Shown here: in pieces, positions 40,067-53,049 of the stretch
Position numbering within the stretch: the first letter of the stretch is position 1
Layout: every line of letters starts with the position of its first letter
NCBI GenBank assembly: GCA_964106915.2
Contig: OZ066917.1
Length of the DNA stretch: 64,000 bases
Direction: 5' to 3' (one strand)
Origin: Podarcis gaigeae
Lineage: Eukaryota
Notes under the pieces: generated by a model
Told to the model about the DNA's origin: nothing
The model's database searches: none
The model's input: only the letters and a program-made list of their open reading frames with translations
Position numbers and translations under genes: made by a program

Positions 40067-40129
<63 letters not shown>
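40067..40129. repeat. (GAAA)n microsatellite
   Basis: Direct reading. Confidence 0.97.
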
Positions 40130-40754
40130 TCATTTCAGGAAGATGCAGAAATCCCCACACATGCGACAATAGAATTTATTACACATATTTAGTTTAGTGA
40201 AATTCCACACATCAGTCTAGAGGTTCCAAACACTTGGTTTTGGAGGAGCAGGGGAAAAACAAATCACCTTATTAAAATGGGCCTTTACCACTGATGAAAA
40301 TGTAATGTAGACGTTTTAAAATGTTGCAGATATAGTTATGGAGAATAATTAACTTACAACTTGAAAGTTACAAGTTAAAACACAACCTGTAAAATGTAAT
40401 TCCTGGAACAGACAGAGAGGTGGTGGGTGGAACTGTTTAAAGAACATCAGAAATTGTTTTGCATTTAGGACTTTTTTACACAAGGTTAAAATTCCCTTTG
40501 AACCTCTCTTATGCTATTTATGCATCTGATCATGATTCACACAGATGAAGTAGTGGAGGGGAAGCATTTGTAGTGTGGGTGAGCATTCTGGTCAACTTAC
40601 ATCTTTGCAACAAAAATGGGAACCCCCCCCCCACCAAAGGGCACTGGAAGTAGGAGCAAAAAAAACAATGGCCAAAAGAGATGTTTTTATCGCAATGTGT
40701 TTTGGACCCAACTGGTCCTTCTTCAGGGAAACTGAGAGTAATGATTAGGGTGTT

Positions 40755-40935
40755 GGGAGTAGTTCAAATCCCCACTCAGGCATGAAGCGCACTGCACCCG
40801 GTGAGCAACTTTGGGCCAGCCATGCTCTCTCAGGCTAATCTACCTTACAGGGTTGTTGTGGGGATTAAAAGAGGAGCAAAGAACCACACACATCACATTG
40901 AGCCCCATGAAGGAAAATGTGGTACATAATTGTAC
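40755..40935 (+). mobile_element. MIR-derived (Squam3-like) SINE
   Basis: B-box GTTCAAATCCC, core CTTTGGGCCAG...CTCTCAGGCTAATCTACCTTACAGGGTTGTTGTGGGGAT. Confidence 0.7.
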
Positions 40936-41523
40936 TTTTTTCAAAAAAGTAAGCATGTAGATGTGCTGTCGCTTCTTTTCTTATGATTGGCTCTGAAACT
41001 TCCTGAGAATTTTCATTGGTCACTAGGCTGTTGAGGCAACAAAGGAGGCAATAACGGAACCCAGAACCCATTCCTCTCCTGCCCAAACTTAAAAGGGGAT
41101 GTTAAAGCAGTTATACTGCTTCTCTCGCTTCACAGCAGGCCCCTTTGCAGAAAAAAAAAATATCTAGGCTAAGAATGGTTAGCTGGGGAATTAGCTGTTC
41201 ACAGATCAAGAATCCTTTTACGGATACACGAGCTAACTCTTTTCTTCTCACAAATACACAGCCTTCAAAACCTATTAACTACTGTATTTTATTCTACAAA
41301 TTCCAGGTTACCAGTTTTCAAACAAAGCCCCATTTCAACTGGTAAGTCTCTCACTAACTATCCTTACTGCTTATCTACACACTGGATTTCCCCTTTGATA
41401 CTATTAGTCAATTGTGAGATGTTAAAATATGAATTACTGGAAACAAGTGTTGGTGTAGCTGGGTCTCGAACTCACCTAATATGTTTTCTGGTAAATAAAG
41501 TTTGAAGGATGCAAGATTATCAT

Positions 41524-41589
41524 TGTTGTTGTTGTTTAGTTGTGTCCGACTCTTTGTTTTTTGACTCTTTTGGTCAAACTCATGTTAGT
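41524..41589 (-). mobile_element. 66-bp Bov-B 3'-end remnant with 11-bp TSD
   Basis: TGTTGTTGTTGTTTAGTTGTGTCCGACTCTT ... TTGGTCAAACTCATGTTAGT matches the Bov-B 3' end. AAGATTATCAT is repeated at 41513-41523 and 41590-41600. Confidence 0.8.
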
Positions 41590-43734
41590 AAGATTATCAT
41601 AAGGAATATTAAAATCTAGAAATGTGACAAGTAGTAAGAAATACTAGTTCTTTTCACAAAGACAATTGCCAGTGTTTTTAACCATAAAGTGCTGCATTGT
41701 GAAAATAATGAAGAAAGCATGTGTGTCTTGTTTTTTCCACTCCCCTTGTACAAATGGAATTACCAATGTATATGCCTCCCAAGGTGCAAAGCTCTCCCAC
41801 CTTCCATTCCTGTTGTGATGAATGTAGCTGACCAGTGTCTCATTCAGCAGTCAGCTGGTTTCCAAGGGGGTTCAGTATGCCCAGGAAGGGCTTAGCCAAG
41901 CAGAGCAATGGGCCATAGCAAAGTGGATTATGCTTTTCATGTAATTCTGCAGTTTAGAAGTTACATAGCTGCGCACTTCAAAAATGAAGCACAATATTTG
42001 TAAGATTTCAGTACTTTTTTGTATTCTAAAACAAGTTACATTGTCCATGGGGGTCTGTAATAAATAATAATAATACAAAATACAAAATCAGAAGTACCAG
42101 CTAACAGAGTGGGACACAGATTCAGTTAGTTTTGGAATAAAAAGGTAAGCTACACGTTCTGTGTCCTTTACAACCCAAAGGAATTAGTGAAGTTTAATAA
42201 CTGATGAGAGTGAAAAATTATATTCTGACAGTTTCTTTTCCAGAATGCCTTTAATAGGAGAGGCTACACCTCATGTAACATTCACTAAGGAGGAGAACAC
42301 ATATGAGCTGACATACTGTTCTTTATTAGCAAGCTTCCATTTCAGTCAAATGGAGCCAGTGATCAAGAGTGAAAATTGGGAAGAATGTAAACACAAGTTT
42401 TTAATCTGATGTTTACTTTGCTATGCTTCTACACAGAGTGTAGTTTTATCTAAGCCTTGGGTCATGTTGGTGGAACCCTGGTAAACCCTTTCATGGCTTC
42501 CCACAGTGTAACACATCATTAGTCCCTTGAAGCTAAGGGTCTCATAAGAAAAATAATTTTGAATAATTTTGGTTCTGCTGTCTTTTTCCCCCTCTCCCAC
42601 TGACTCTATCTTCATATCCTCTCTGCAGTATGGACAGAAAACAGTCTTCCAAGTCTTGAATCTTAAACAAAGGGTATTATGATAGAGCAATGATCACAAG
42701 AAAAAGTAAATTACAGTTCAAAACATATTTGCTGCTTATCCCGTACACAGTTTAGCCTGTTGTTTTAAATCCGCAGGAATAACACTTTGCCAATTACTGA
42801 GCATTTATGTTAATCTGATTACTCCCCTCATGAACAACCTTATGCTTCTGTTTAAAGAATTTCTTACTCTTGAATTTAGAGAATTTGTTCAAAGTATCAT
42901 AATCATATTGTAATTTCTAGCTTCCCTAATGTTTAACATCCCTCCTGGCTCTTTACCTGGCACATTTTTTAACAATCTGCCAAGATGCTAATTAAATTAA
43001 CAAAGAGAAATGAACCAAAGGGAGAAGTTTCTGAGACAATCCAAGTCATTAAAGTTTCACTCCGAAGCTTGATTCCTTCCCCTCCTTTTCTTTCAATGGT
43101 TGTTTTGCTTTAAGACAATGTGGTCAAAGAAGTGTGAATGTGTGATGTGTGTAATGGCAATGGAGCCAGTGGAAGTTTCCATTGCCTTTGCAGCATTTGC
43201 ATAACTTGGTACATAAGCACACACAGCAGAATTTAGGATTCTTGGAAGCTACTGGGGGAAAACAGAGATCCAGAAGTGCAAAAACAGGAATCCAGCCATG
43301 AGCTCCAACAACTTAGATAGTCTTGCTGGCAAACACTTTAATGCGAGGGAAGCTCAGGGAAGGAATAGCTGTTCTTACCATAAGCATCATATGAAGTGGT
43401 CTCTGAGCAGGTTGCGTAGCTGCCCCTGCAACTTGGAGACAGAAAACGCCAAAACCTCAACTTAATTTGTTCTTGCTGTTGAGGTTCAGTCCCACTTCGT
43501 GGAACAGCATAAAGCAGTGATGCCCAACCTGTGGGCAATGGCATCCCTTATCTCCTAGGGCCCTCATAAAATGCTATGAATATTTGTCTGAATCCTTTTT
43601 CAAGGCTAACCTTCCACTTGCCCCCTTTTGAAAGATCCCACCAAGTGCATGTCATTTGACTGGTCTTTCCCTTATCTGAAGCAGCATCTTAACTACAAGA
43701 GCAGGGTCTTTTGATGAGTGTTTAATCTTTAGAT

Positions 43735-44092
43735 GGGGATACGGGTGGCGCTGTGGTCTAAACCACTGAGCCTAGGGCTTGCTGATCGGAAGGTCGGTGG
43801 TACGAATCTGGGTGAGCTCCCATTGCTCAGTCCCAGCTCCTGCCAACCTAGCAGTTCAAAAGCACGTCAAAGTGCAAGTAGATAAATAGGTACCGCTTGA
43901 GCGGGAAGGTAAATGGTGTTTCCATGTGCGGCTCTGGTTTCACGAGAAGTGGCTTAGTCATGCTGACCACATGACTCGGAAAAACTGTCTGCGGACAAAC
44001 GTTGGCTCCCTCGGCCAGTAAAGCGAGATGAGCACTGCAACCCAAGTCGTTCGCGACTGGACCTAAGAATCAGGGGTTCTTTACCTTTACCA
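43735..44092 (+). mobile_element. Sauria SINE (Squam1), full length
   Basis: tRNA-like head GGGGATACGGGTGGCGCTGTGG, body AAGTGCAAGTAGATAAATAGGTACC and (ACCTTT)n tail. 13-bp TSD TTAATCTTTAGAT at 43722-43734 and 44093-44105. Confidence 0.95.
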
Positions 44093-45669
44093 TTAATCTT
44101 TAGATATAAACTTGTCTTAGTTCCATATATAATTGGCAGAAGGAACGTCACTGCTCTGAGCCTGCTCAGTGGAGTCCTTCGTATGTTGCATTAGAAAGAT
44201 GCCTATATTATTCACCTGAAATTATTCATGAGTGTGCCCCATTTACTTCAATGAGTCTTATGCAAGAGTAAAAAAAATACTAGCCCAAGTAAGCATCTTA
44301 CAGTGCAATTCTGGACATGTTTCCTTCAGAGTTGAATTGCTAAACATTTTATTCTACAAAGGGGGGGGGGTGGTTCTAGTTGCTTGGCACTTCACTAAAT
44401 ATTGACTTTTACAAGCCAAGAGACATCAAGGCTGTTAATTTTGAGGTGTTACTCCTAAACTACCTCACAAGATATGAAACGGAGGATTGTGAAAGCATAT
44501 ATACTGCCCACCTTCTCTTTATTTTGGATACTGCCAAAGTAACTGAGGAAGAGTACCTGATTAGCGTGGGACTTTTGCCACATTTTAATTACACTTCAGA
44601 CTTTTGATGTATGAACAAATACAAAGATTAAAGCTGAATACGAAGATGGAAGTGGAAAGGAATCATTAAAGGATCAGATAATAGAGTCTTTAAAAGATAT
44701 AGACATGGTTTTCTTTAATCCATTGGGTAAAATACAACTTTCAAAGTAACAAGCTGTTTATCTACTGTTACACATCCAATAGCCTAATTTTGCTGCAACA
44801 TGCCATACATGTATGTGTCATACATTCCATTTCATACTCAGCAATCACATCTTTCAAAACCCATGTGCAGAAGAACACTATAAACAGCTTATATGTATAT
44901 AAACTGACGTTTTTCTCTAAGACTACAGATAAATGGAAACCAGGGAAAGAGAAAGATCTCATTCACATCTATAGATGCATGCATTTTGCATAAACAAAAA
45001 CTGCAAATTTAAACACATGCAGATAAAATTGCCTCAGGGGACAGATCCCATTTGTAGAATGCCAGTTGCCCCATTTTATGAAATATTCCATATGCCATAA
45101 TACACCTCACAACCTTAATTGTCCCAGTTTAAGAAAGTACTTACAAGTTTCATAAAAAGGTATTCCTTCACTCACAGCAGGATAAGCACCTGCATACATA
45201 TTTGTCTTCACTGCTTGACAACATTCTGCAACTCTCATTAATTACTGCATGTAGTTCTAGGTTGACATTTGATTATCAAATCACCTTGGCCAATTACTCA
45301 ATTAAATATCAACTGTTGATAGACAAATGGACACACACACACACAAATCAGTTAGTGTCTTTGTTACCCATTGTTTTTCTTACATGCCACCCCCTCCCCT
45401 TTATGTATTTTTATAGTTTGTATATACAGTATTTATATGATCATATTCTAGATCTGGGATTTCTGCTGAAATTTATGGATTTTATGCAACCTGCGTAATC
45501 TCACAACTTCTCCTTAACTGAAAAGGCAATTCTCTTCAAAAACAAAAACAAAAAAACCTCTGTGACAGTTCATTAGTAAGATTCCCAAGTATTTCCCCCT
45601 CCCCCCAAATCCTTAAGAGGACATAGCATTTCCTTTATTTCTGTATGGGGGGAAAATCACACCACAATG

Positions 45670-46060
45670 TATTTCTCTAATTTATTAACAGTTGTATGCT
45701 GTCCAATAACCTAAAATTCTCTGGAAGGTTTACAATAATAAACACAAAAACAACACAAATGCAAAATAGAACATATAAAAATAAAATCAAAAGCAAGATA
45801 AATGCAGCTAGAAGACGCATAATAACCTCCAAGGTTAAAACACAAATTTTAAAACTGAGAGGACCAGACTAATACATGTTATTAGAAAGGTCTTGTTGAA
45901 CAGAAAAGACTTGCTTTTGGATATATAAGCAAGTTATATTATACTGTTCCCCATATTTAAAAAAAAGCCTCAGAAGATGGTCTCAGGGTCCGGGTAGGTT
46001 CATATGGAAAGAGGCAGTCCTTGAGGTATTGCTGTCCTGAGCCGTGTTGCTGAGCCGTAT
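45670..46060 (-). mobile_element. L2 3' fragment
   Basis: GGTCTCAGGGTCCGGGTAGGTTCATATGGAAAGAGGCAGTCCTTGAGGTATTG is antisense to the L2 QYLKDCLFPYEPTRTLR region, with an A-rich antisense 3'UTR. Confidence 0.6.
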
Positions 46061-48827
46061 TGAACCAAAATTGCTCTTTTGAAGGTAAACCTATTCAGAT
46101 GCAGAGGCTGGTTTTTGTAATCTTTTGTAATATGGTGCCCTGTGCTAGAGCAAAATTTGGCATGCCCAAATGGATCTTGTCAATTATGGATCTTCTCAGT
46201 TTTGCACCCCCTCAGCAAGGTTCCCTGCGGGGGAGGAAGTGCCCACTCCACCCTAAATCCAGCGCTGTCCGGTGTTCTCTGTCTGCACATGTTTACAACT
46301 GCATGAGGGAGAGCAGGGGAAGGGGTGCTGGTAAGTCCTGCTCTCTTGAACCCTTCCCCTTGTTTGCAGGTTGCCAGACATGCCACTAATGCTGCGTCTA
46401 TTTTCCTTGACACACTCAACTTCCCATTCATAATTCATAAGTTACCAGCCAACACACTACCAAGTATACTGGGTATGGCTACTTAACTAGGTTAACCAAG
46501 TACAAACCATCATGTGAATGAGATAAAGGCATGCTCAAAACTCTTCTTCTGTATCCAGTGCCTTACTTAAGTGCCTTATATGCTACCAACAGCCAATTTC
46601 AGTATATACACTATATATCTATATATCAAAAACCTACTCCCAATGCTCTGTGACCAGAGAAAAATGAAGCAGAAGGGTCTATGATTCTCTTATCTAATAT
46701 TCCTTCTGGCTTCCAGCCCTTTTACTAAATTTTAAAAGGCAACATTTTCTTGCCAAATTCCTTTTCTCCCAACATGACTTCCAGCAACAGCATTTTACCA
46801 GCTAGCCACTAGCTGTGGGAACATTGCATGAATGCCACAACTCACCACAAACAATGCCAAAGACGGAGACAGAGTACTGTTTTCTGGAATGATGCCAAGT
46901 AGAAAACTTTCATAGGCATGTACATGCCTGATCTAATGCAGGAAACCAAAGAAAAAGATACTGGAATCAAATGGGACTGATTTTAGATCAAAGCAAGCAG
47001 GGATCACCTGTTTAAGGAGACACCAGTTTGGGATTTAAATAGGCCACACATTTACCAGAGTTCTTAAACACAGGAAACGTTTAACTCAAGACCATCCTAG
47101 CAGAAAAAAAGCTGTATGATGCAAAGTCCACTCACCCAATCTCCTGGCACAACCAAGTTCCCAACAAATACAAAAACGAACAGAAGGGAATCCTTAACAA
47201 AAATCATTTAACAGCCATCAGCAGCAAGGTGCTGCTGAGAGCTTGCTGCTGAGAGCTGCCTACTTCACCAGCTAGCAAGTTCCTTCAACCCTGTAAATGA
47301 CCTGGTCAGCTGCTTTGCAGGGATAAAACTTTGCATTCACCTGTTCCAATGCTCTTCAGACTAGGGGACCCTTTCTCCATGGTCTGCTGCCATGAGAAGC
47401 AGCCACCTGTGTCCACACCCTTCACTGCCCCACAAGCTTATTCACAAACACTCCAATATCATTCCTCAAATTGCCAAGAAAAGAATTTGAGAGGTACATG
47501 GAATCTTCCATATACATATCATCACCTGATAGGTGCCTAGCTGATATACAACTATTCCCCTCTGCAGACTGAAAACCTTACCAAGCTCCAGAACAACTTT
47601 CCTCCATGCTTCTTCTATGGCCACTGGGAAGAATTTCTACCCAAGCACAATGGTCTCCTGGAAACACATGCCTGGTGATACTGATGCATCAGGCCTCTGT
47701 GACTGCTTCCTCCTAAGATCACATGCTCCCTTATCACTCTCCTTCTCTAGTACTGCTGCAAAGAGATGGGAAGCTTTCACTGTAGATTAGCCATAGCGTA
47801 GCATTAAGTAGCACTGTGTTTGTATTTGGAATTGCTTTATATGTATTTCTGATGTTGTAAAATCACTTTGAGATGTTTCATAGGAAGCAATTCAATAATA
47901 ATAATTTTTATTAAAGAAAACCCAAACCCTTTACTGTCGTAAAACATAACTATGGTTTGTTCAACCATGTGCAAGACTTTGGGGGCTTGTTCCCACCATG
48001 AGCAATCATGAATGTTGCTATTGTCGTCCCTGTACTATGTGCCTATACCCCAAGACATAAGACATAAGAAATGTCATATATAGGATTCTTCTCACCACTC
48101 AGCTCCTGTGAGATCTCACATTCTCAATCCACATCCCAACCTTCTTGCCCTGCACTCATGCTTTTTACAAGGTCAAAGCTGTCCTTCAACCCTGTAACCA
48201 CCTCCTTCCTTACAAGCTGTGCTGCAAGGATACATAGCTGTCAACGTTTCCCTTTTTTTAAGGGAAATTCCCTTATTCCAAATGGGATTCCTTGCAAGAA
48301 AAGGGAAAAGTTGACAGCTATGCAAGGATATGAAAGCCCCATCTGCAAACCTCAGATTCCCCACATGGTTGTTTCGAAGAACAACTATTTGCCCTGCTCC
48401 CCCCAGTAATAAAATATAGCTTGGATCTGGAACTAGCATAGAATGAAAAAGACACTAAAGTTTCTACCACCTGATTATGTCTTCTGTGTGTTGCACAGCA
48501 AAGGAAACAAAGGTTACCCCATCCTCATACTAGTAAGCTATGACTATTCTTACAATGGACACAAGGATTTCAGGTAAATCAGGGGTGTTATTTATATTTC
48601 AGCTTTCCTCCATATTATTTACTGACCTTTGCATTGAAACTAGTACCCTGCTATAAACAAACAATTCCTCAACTCTTTGCACCTGCATAAAGGTTCCAGG
48701 ACTTGAGCCCCACCATAGCAAATCCATTTAGACAAAAATATCCATTGCCTTTCCTCTCATAACAGGACTTTTTCTGGTTTACAAATGGGGAGTAAACTCT
48801 GTCCTATGCTTTCCACTTTCCTAGAAA

Positions 48828-49010
48828 CATGGGAAGCTGCCTTATATTGAGTCAGTCCATTGGCCACCCAGTTCAGTACTGCCTCCACTGACTGGCAGTG
48901 GCTCTCCAAGGTTTCAAGCAGGAAATCTTTTTCCATTTCTACTTGGAAATGGCCCAGGGACTGAATCTGGGACCTTCTGCAAAGCAGGTGCTCCAGCACT
49001 GGGCTACAGA
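48828..49010 (-). mobile_element. Same tRNA-derived SINE family
   Basis: GGAAGCTGCCTTATATTGAGTCAG...CACTGACTGGCAGTGGCTCTCC...CTGGGACCTTCTGC...CACTGGGCTAC. Confidence 0.75.
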
Positions 49011-49228
49011 GGCTTCCCATGCTCTGTTAATACTGTCCTCGGGAGACCAGCTGGCGCTTGAAAGCATTTGCTGTTACAATGAATTCTTCCAACGCAGGTA
49101 AGTGCTTCAGGATGCTATCTGTGCTCACAGGCTCTCCATCCTTGGAGTTTGTCTGGAAGAAGAACCATCAGCATCTGCCTTTTGGCTGGAATCCAGTGTC
49201 TGATCATTATCTGCGTGGTTTGACTCAC

Positions 49229-49397
49229 ACAAAAAAGAATGCAAGGATCCATGTTGTGTAGCACTCAAAACAGCAGGAATGCAAGCTGCCGAGATGGCTG
49301 AACTGCGGAAAGTGGAGCCCCAAAGAGAACCGGGGGGGAAAGAAGAAACCTGTCTGCGATAGAAACTTTTCCCTGAGATTTTTGATAATGAATACAT
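49229..49397 (-). CDS. Candidate alternative first coding exon (MYSLSKISGKSFYRRQVSS...HSFL, phase 1)
   Basis: ATG-initiated ORF 49397-49125 in a CpG-retaining, non-repetitive segment. Donor-like TGT|GTGAGT lies at 49228-49223; an alternative CCT|GTGAGC lies near 49128. Confidence 0.25.
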
Positions 49398-52300
49398 GCA
49401 ATTTGACGCTCGTATAGTATACCCTCATCAACTTACAGAAAGCAGCTGTGGAATCTCTCTGAATGGAAGAGTTTTTCTCCCAATTACTTTGTGAACACGC
49501 CAAAAAAACAGATCAGGCACTCTGAATGCGATGACAGTTTATTTCAATTATTTATGGCAATTCATCACAATGTACAGTAATGGTACTTGTAGACTAGTGA
49601 AGTCTCTGTAATAAGAACCCTCAGTAGAGCACTCTGCCTACTGCTTCACTTACATTAGACATTACTGTTAATATTTTATGACTGCTTACTGTAATACGAC
49701 GACATACTACCACATTTTTATATGTATGGCTATGAATTTATGCTTTCATTCTGATGTACACCTGCCAGTAATACAATTAATTCAATAAGCTTCCAAATTC
49801 ATAAGCCCAAATGCTGCATAGCAGGCAAGTTCTGTTTACCTTTATATATCAGTTATGCCACATGTTATAAATCCTATCAATCTCAGATCTCCCAATGAGT
49901 ACTTTAAGGATAGAGATACAAGTATGCATGTGCTTGAATACTGCAAGGTATTTAAAGAAACAGAGCTAAAATGTTTATTTTTACTTTACTTAGTTCAATT
50001 CTCTCTCTAAGGAGAGATTGGCTTAAAAACTCCTTTTGACACCTAGAAAAGGAATAAAGCAAAATAGATATATATTGGCATTAGCATGATATACTGTAAA
50101 GGCACTTATATTGAAGTAACATTCAAAGTCCTGGTTTTTGTAACTTATTTGCTGTAAATGCCTCTGAATTATATTCTTCGAAAGCTCTTGGAAACGTCTA
50201 TATTCATTTTAAAAGACATTGCTATATAGCTAATTGAAATTTTATCAGCTAACGAAAATACATTGTTAATTACTTTAATTCTGCATCCACATGTTCACTA
50301 TTCTCTCATACTGTATGTATATGTGTGTATATATATAACCACATTAAACAGTGTTTGCTGTTTATATATTTATTTAAAAAGACTGTAAATTACCAGAGTT
50401 TTATATAGAATAATCAGTACATTCACACTGTAAAAATCCATTTCAGTGCATGCAGTTGCCATGGTTAAACACACTGGTACGATACAACAAGCAAATCAGT
50501 TTATGATCAGCAGACATAAGAATATCAAATGTGAGATTTAACCAAACACAACCTCTCTCCTATGACAGTGTAATCTGCAGACTACAATCAGCAGCTGAAA
50601 ACTTTTGCTAGCCTTGGCAGCCAGCCAAAATTTATGGAAACTACCAACCCTGCCCCTGTCCTGGATCAGGAGCGTAGTGAGTTGTCGTCCACTGCATCAA
50701 ACTGAGCAACGGAAGCATTCAAACATACTGCTTCCAAATCCCACTGAAACATCAGTGTGTGTGTGCTCACCCTTCGCCTGAGCTTAGAGTAGGTTGAGAC
50801 CTTCCCTCTGATGTCATGCTGAGCTTCAGAGGCATTTCAAAGCAGCAACAGCCTCAAATAAGGGTTTGGGCTCCACCATACCTCATGCTGAGATTCAGAG
50901 GATCTTCATTTCTTCTGAGCCAGCAGAAGAGTGGCAGCTCATTCCTGATGTCATTATGGCTTTTATAAGCATTCGTTTTTCCAAAAGCCTATGACTCCAG
51001 TCTCCAAAAACCGGAGGTCAGAGACACCACCTGTTTCTTGCTAGTCTAAAAGACATGTTCATCACTGTTCAGTGCATTGCGGATCCCCAGAAAATATATT
51101 TCTTGTCCACATCTTCTCAGTAAAACATCTTGACTTTCCTTGTCTCTACAGAGATATGATTCCACAGTAATTCTGAAACCGCCACTGGCTGCCACCCCTA
51201 TTCTAAACACTTTTATATAAATTAAAATCACATTGATTTTAATTTAACTTGCTTTTGAATGCACTGAGGCTCAGGAAATAAGTAAATTAGACAGCTTTAA
51301 AAGGGAAATGCCAGCCTTAATTAGCTTATCTGTGCCAGAAATCATTGTTTTGCGGAACTGAAACATATGATTTTAGCAGTAGTAGCAGAAGACGACATTG
51401 GACTTATTGAGCATGATATTGAAGAAAAACCTTAGAGCATAGCTTTCAAGGGATCTTCCATGCATACCAGCCCTCCTCAATTCTTTCAAACTACTATTCT
51501 ACTTTCAAGGTATGTTTTTTCTGTACCTTTTGGCTTTTGAAACGAGCTTAAATGCTTCTGATATTTTAAGTTAAATTCTGTTTAAAAATGGCCAACTGTC
51601 AAAATTTGGTAAATACTGGGAGCACTATAGGCAGTTAGATTAATCAATTTACATACCTGTGGTTTCTCAAGTTCCCAAGCCTAGTCATGTGTACACTCTC
51701 TTCATTTTCTCAGAGAGAGAGAAAATAACTTCTGCCAATGTTTGTATTTGGCTTCCACACTGCCATCTATAGTCAATAGAAGAAATCAGACATCTATTAA
51801 ATCTCTTGGTAGTCTAATGTCACATCCAAACTCTAGCCTAGATTGTGTTAAAGAGACTCAATCATTCCCACTAATAATATAGGCATAAAGATAGCTGCAG
51901 TTTCTTTTGCAGCACAATTCCATGCACGTCTACTCAAAAGAAAGTCCCAGTGCATTCAGTAGGGTTTAATCCCAGGCAATTTAAGTACAGGATTGCATCC
52001 TTGAAGTATTTCTTCTATATTAACTCAAGACCATGTAAAGATTAGGAAAAATAAGATGCATTTGTTGTCTTAATATTTAATACTTTAGAGCTTTCATGGG
52101 GGGTGTACAATAACATATATAGCAACATTAAAACATCCCTGATTAGCTTTGGATGAAATACACACACACACAAAAATGTGCAATAAGCAACTATTTAAAT
52201 GATATGGTTATTCTATAAAGACAACCCATATACATATCAGAAGCTAGTACACAAACCGCGTGTGCTAAAAATGTAAACAGAGGTTTCCACCGCAACCCTA

Positions 52301-53049
52301 TTGGTGTCTACTCAAAAGTAAGCCACGTTAATTCCAAGGGCATACAAGATTGCAGCGGAAGCCTAGCGTACTTCTGTGATAGAAGTTTTCTCCATTCTAT
52401 TTATGTTGCAACGTACATGTTGCCACGTTGTCCATTTTCTAAAGAGTACTTCTGTGTTAGAATCAAGAGTGTTTTATGCAACCAATTTAACACACTGCCC
52501 TCCAACAGATACCCTCAGCCCTGATTCCCCTGCCAGGGTAATATTATTCTCATACTCTGCTAGTCAGAAAAGCGAGACAAGCTGTCTCCTATAAGAGGTT
52601 TTGTTTTTCCCACATGCACGACTTTCCTGCCAGTCATCAGTATTCTTGTGTTAGATGCGTTTAACCCAAAATCTGAACACGCATGGACAGCAGCAATTTT
52701 ATCTAACACCAGACTGTACTGCTTCGCTGTATATCTTGCACAGCACATACAGCAGCGGACTCGTCTCCCTCTCCCTGGAAATTACTACTCTAGAACTGCT
52801 GTGTTCTGCACATGCCAGGCTCCCTGCCCGCTCGACGACGCCGAGCCACTTGTCAAGAGATACACACGCTGCTCTTACTCTCTTGCCCCTCGCTTCGGTA
52901 CTTCTTCGGTCCAAAACCCCAAGTAAAAAAACAAAACAAAACATAAGCAAGCCACGCTAAAGGGGGGGGGGGACCCTCTCCGTTGCCACTAGCCACACAA
53001 CACGCGCACAGAGCTATAGGTACGGTTACATGCATATGTATTTTTAGAC

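Noticed and set aside
43735-43830. tRNA genes
   Set aside because: A/B-box sequences here and at 776, 19438 and 40760 are SINE heads, not complete cloverleafs.
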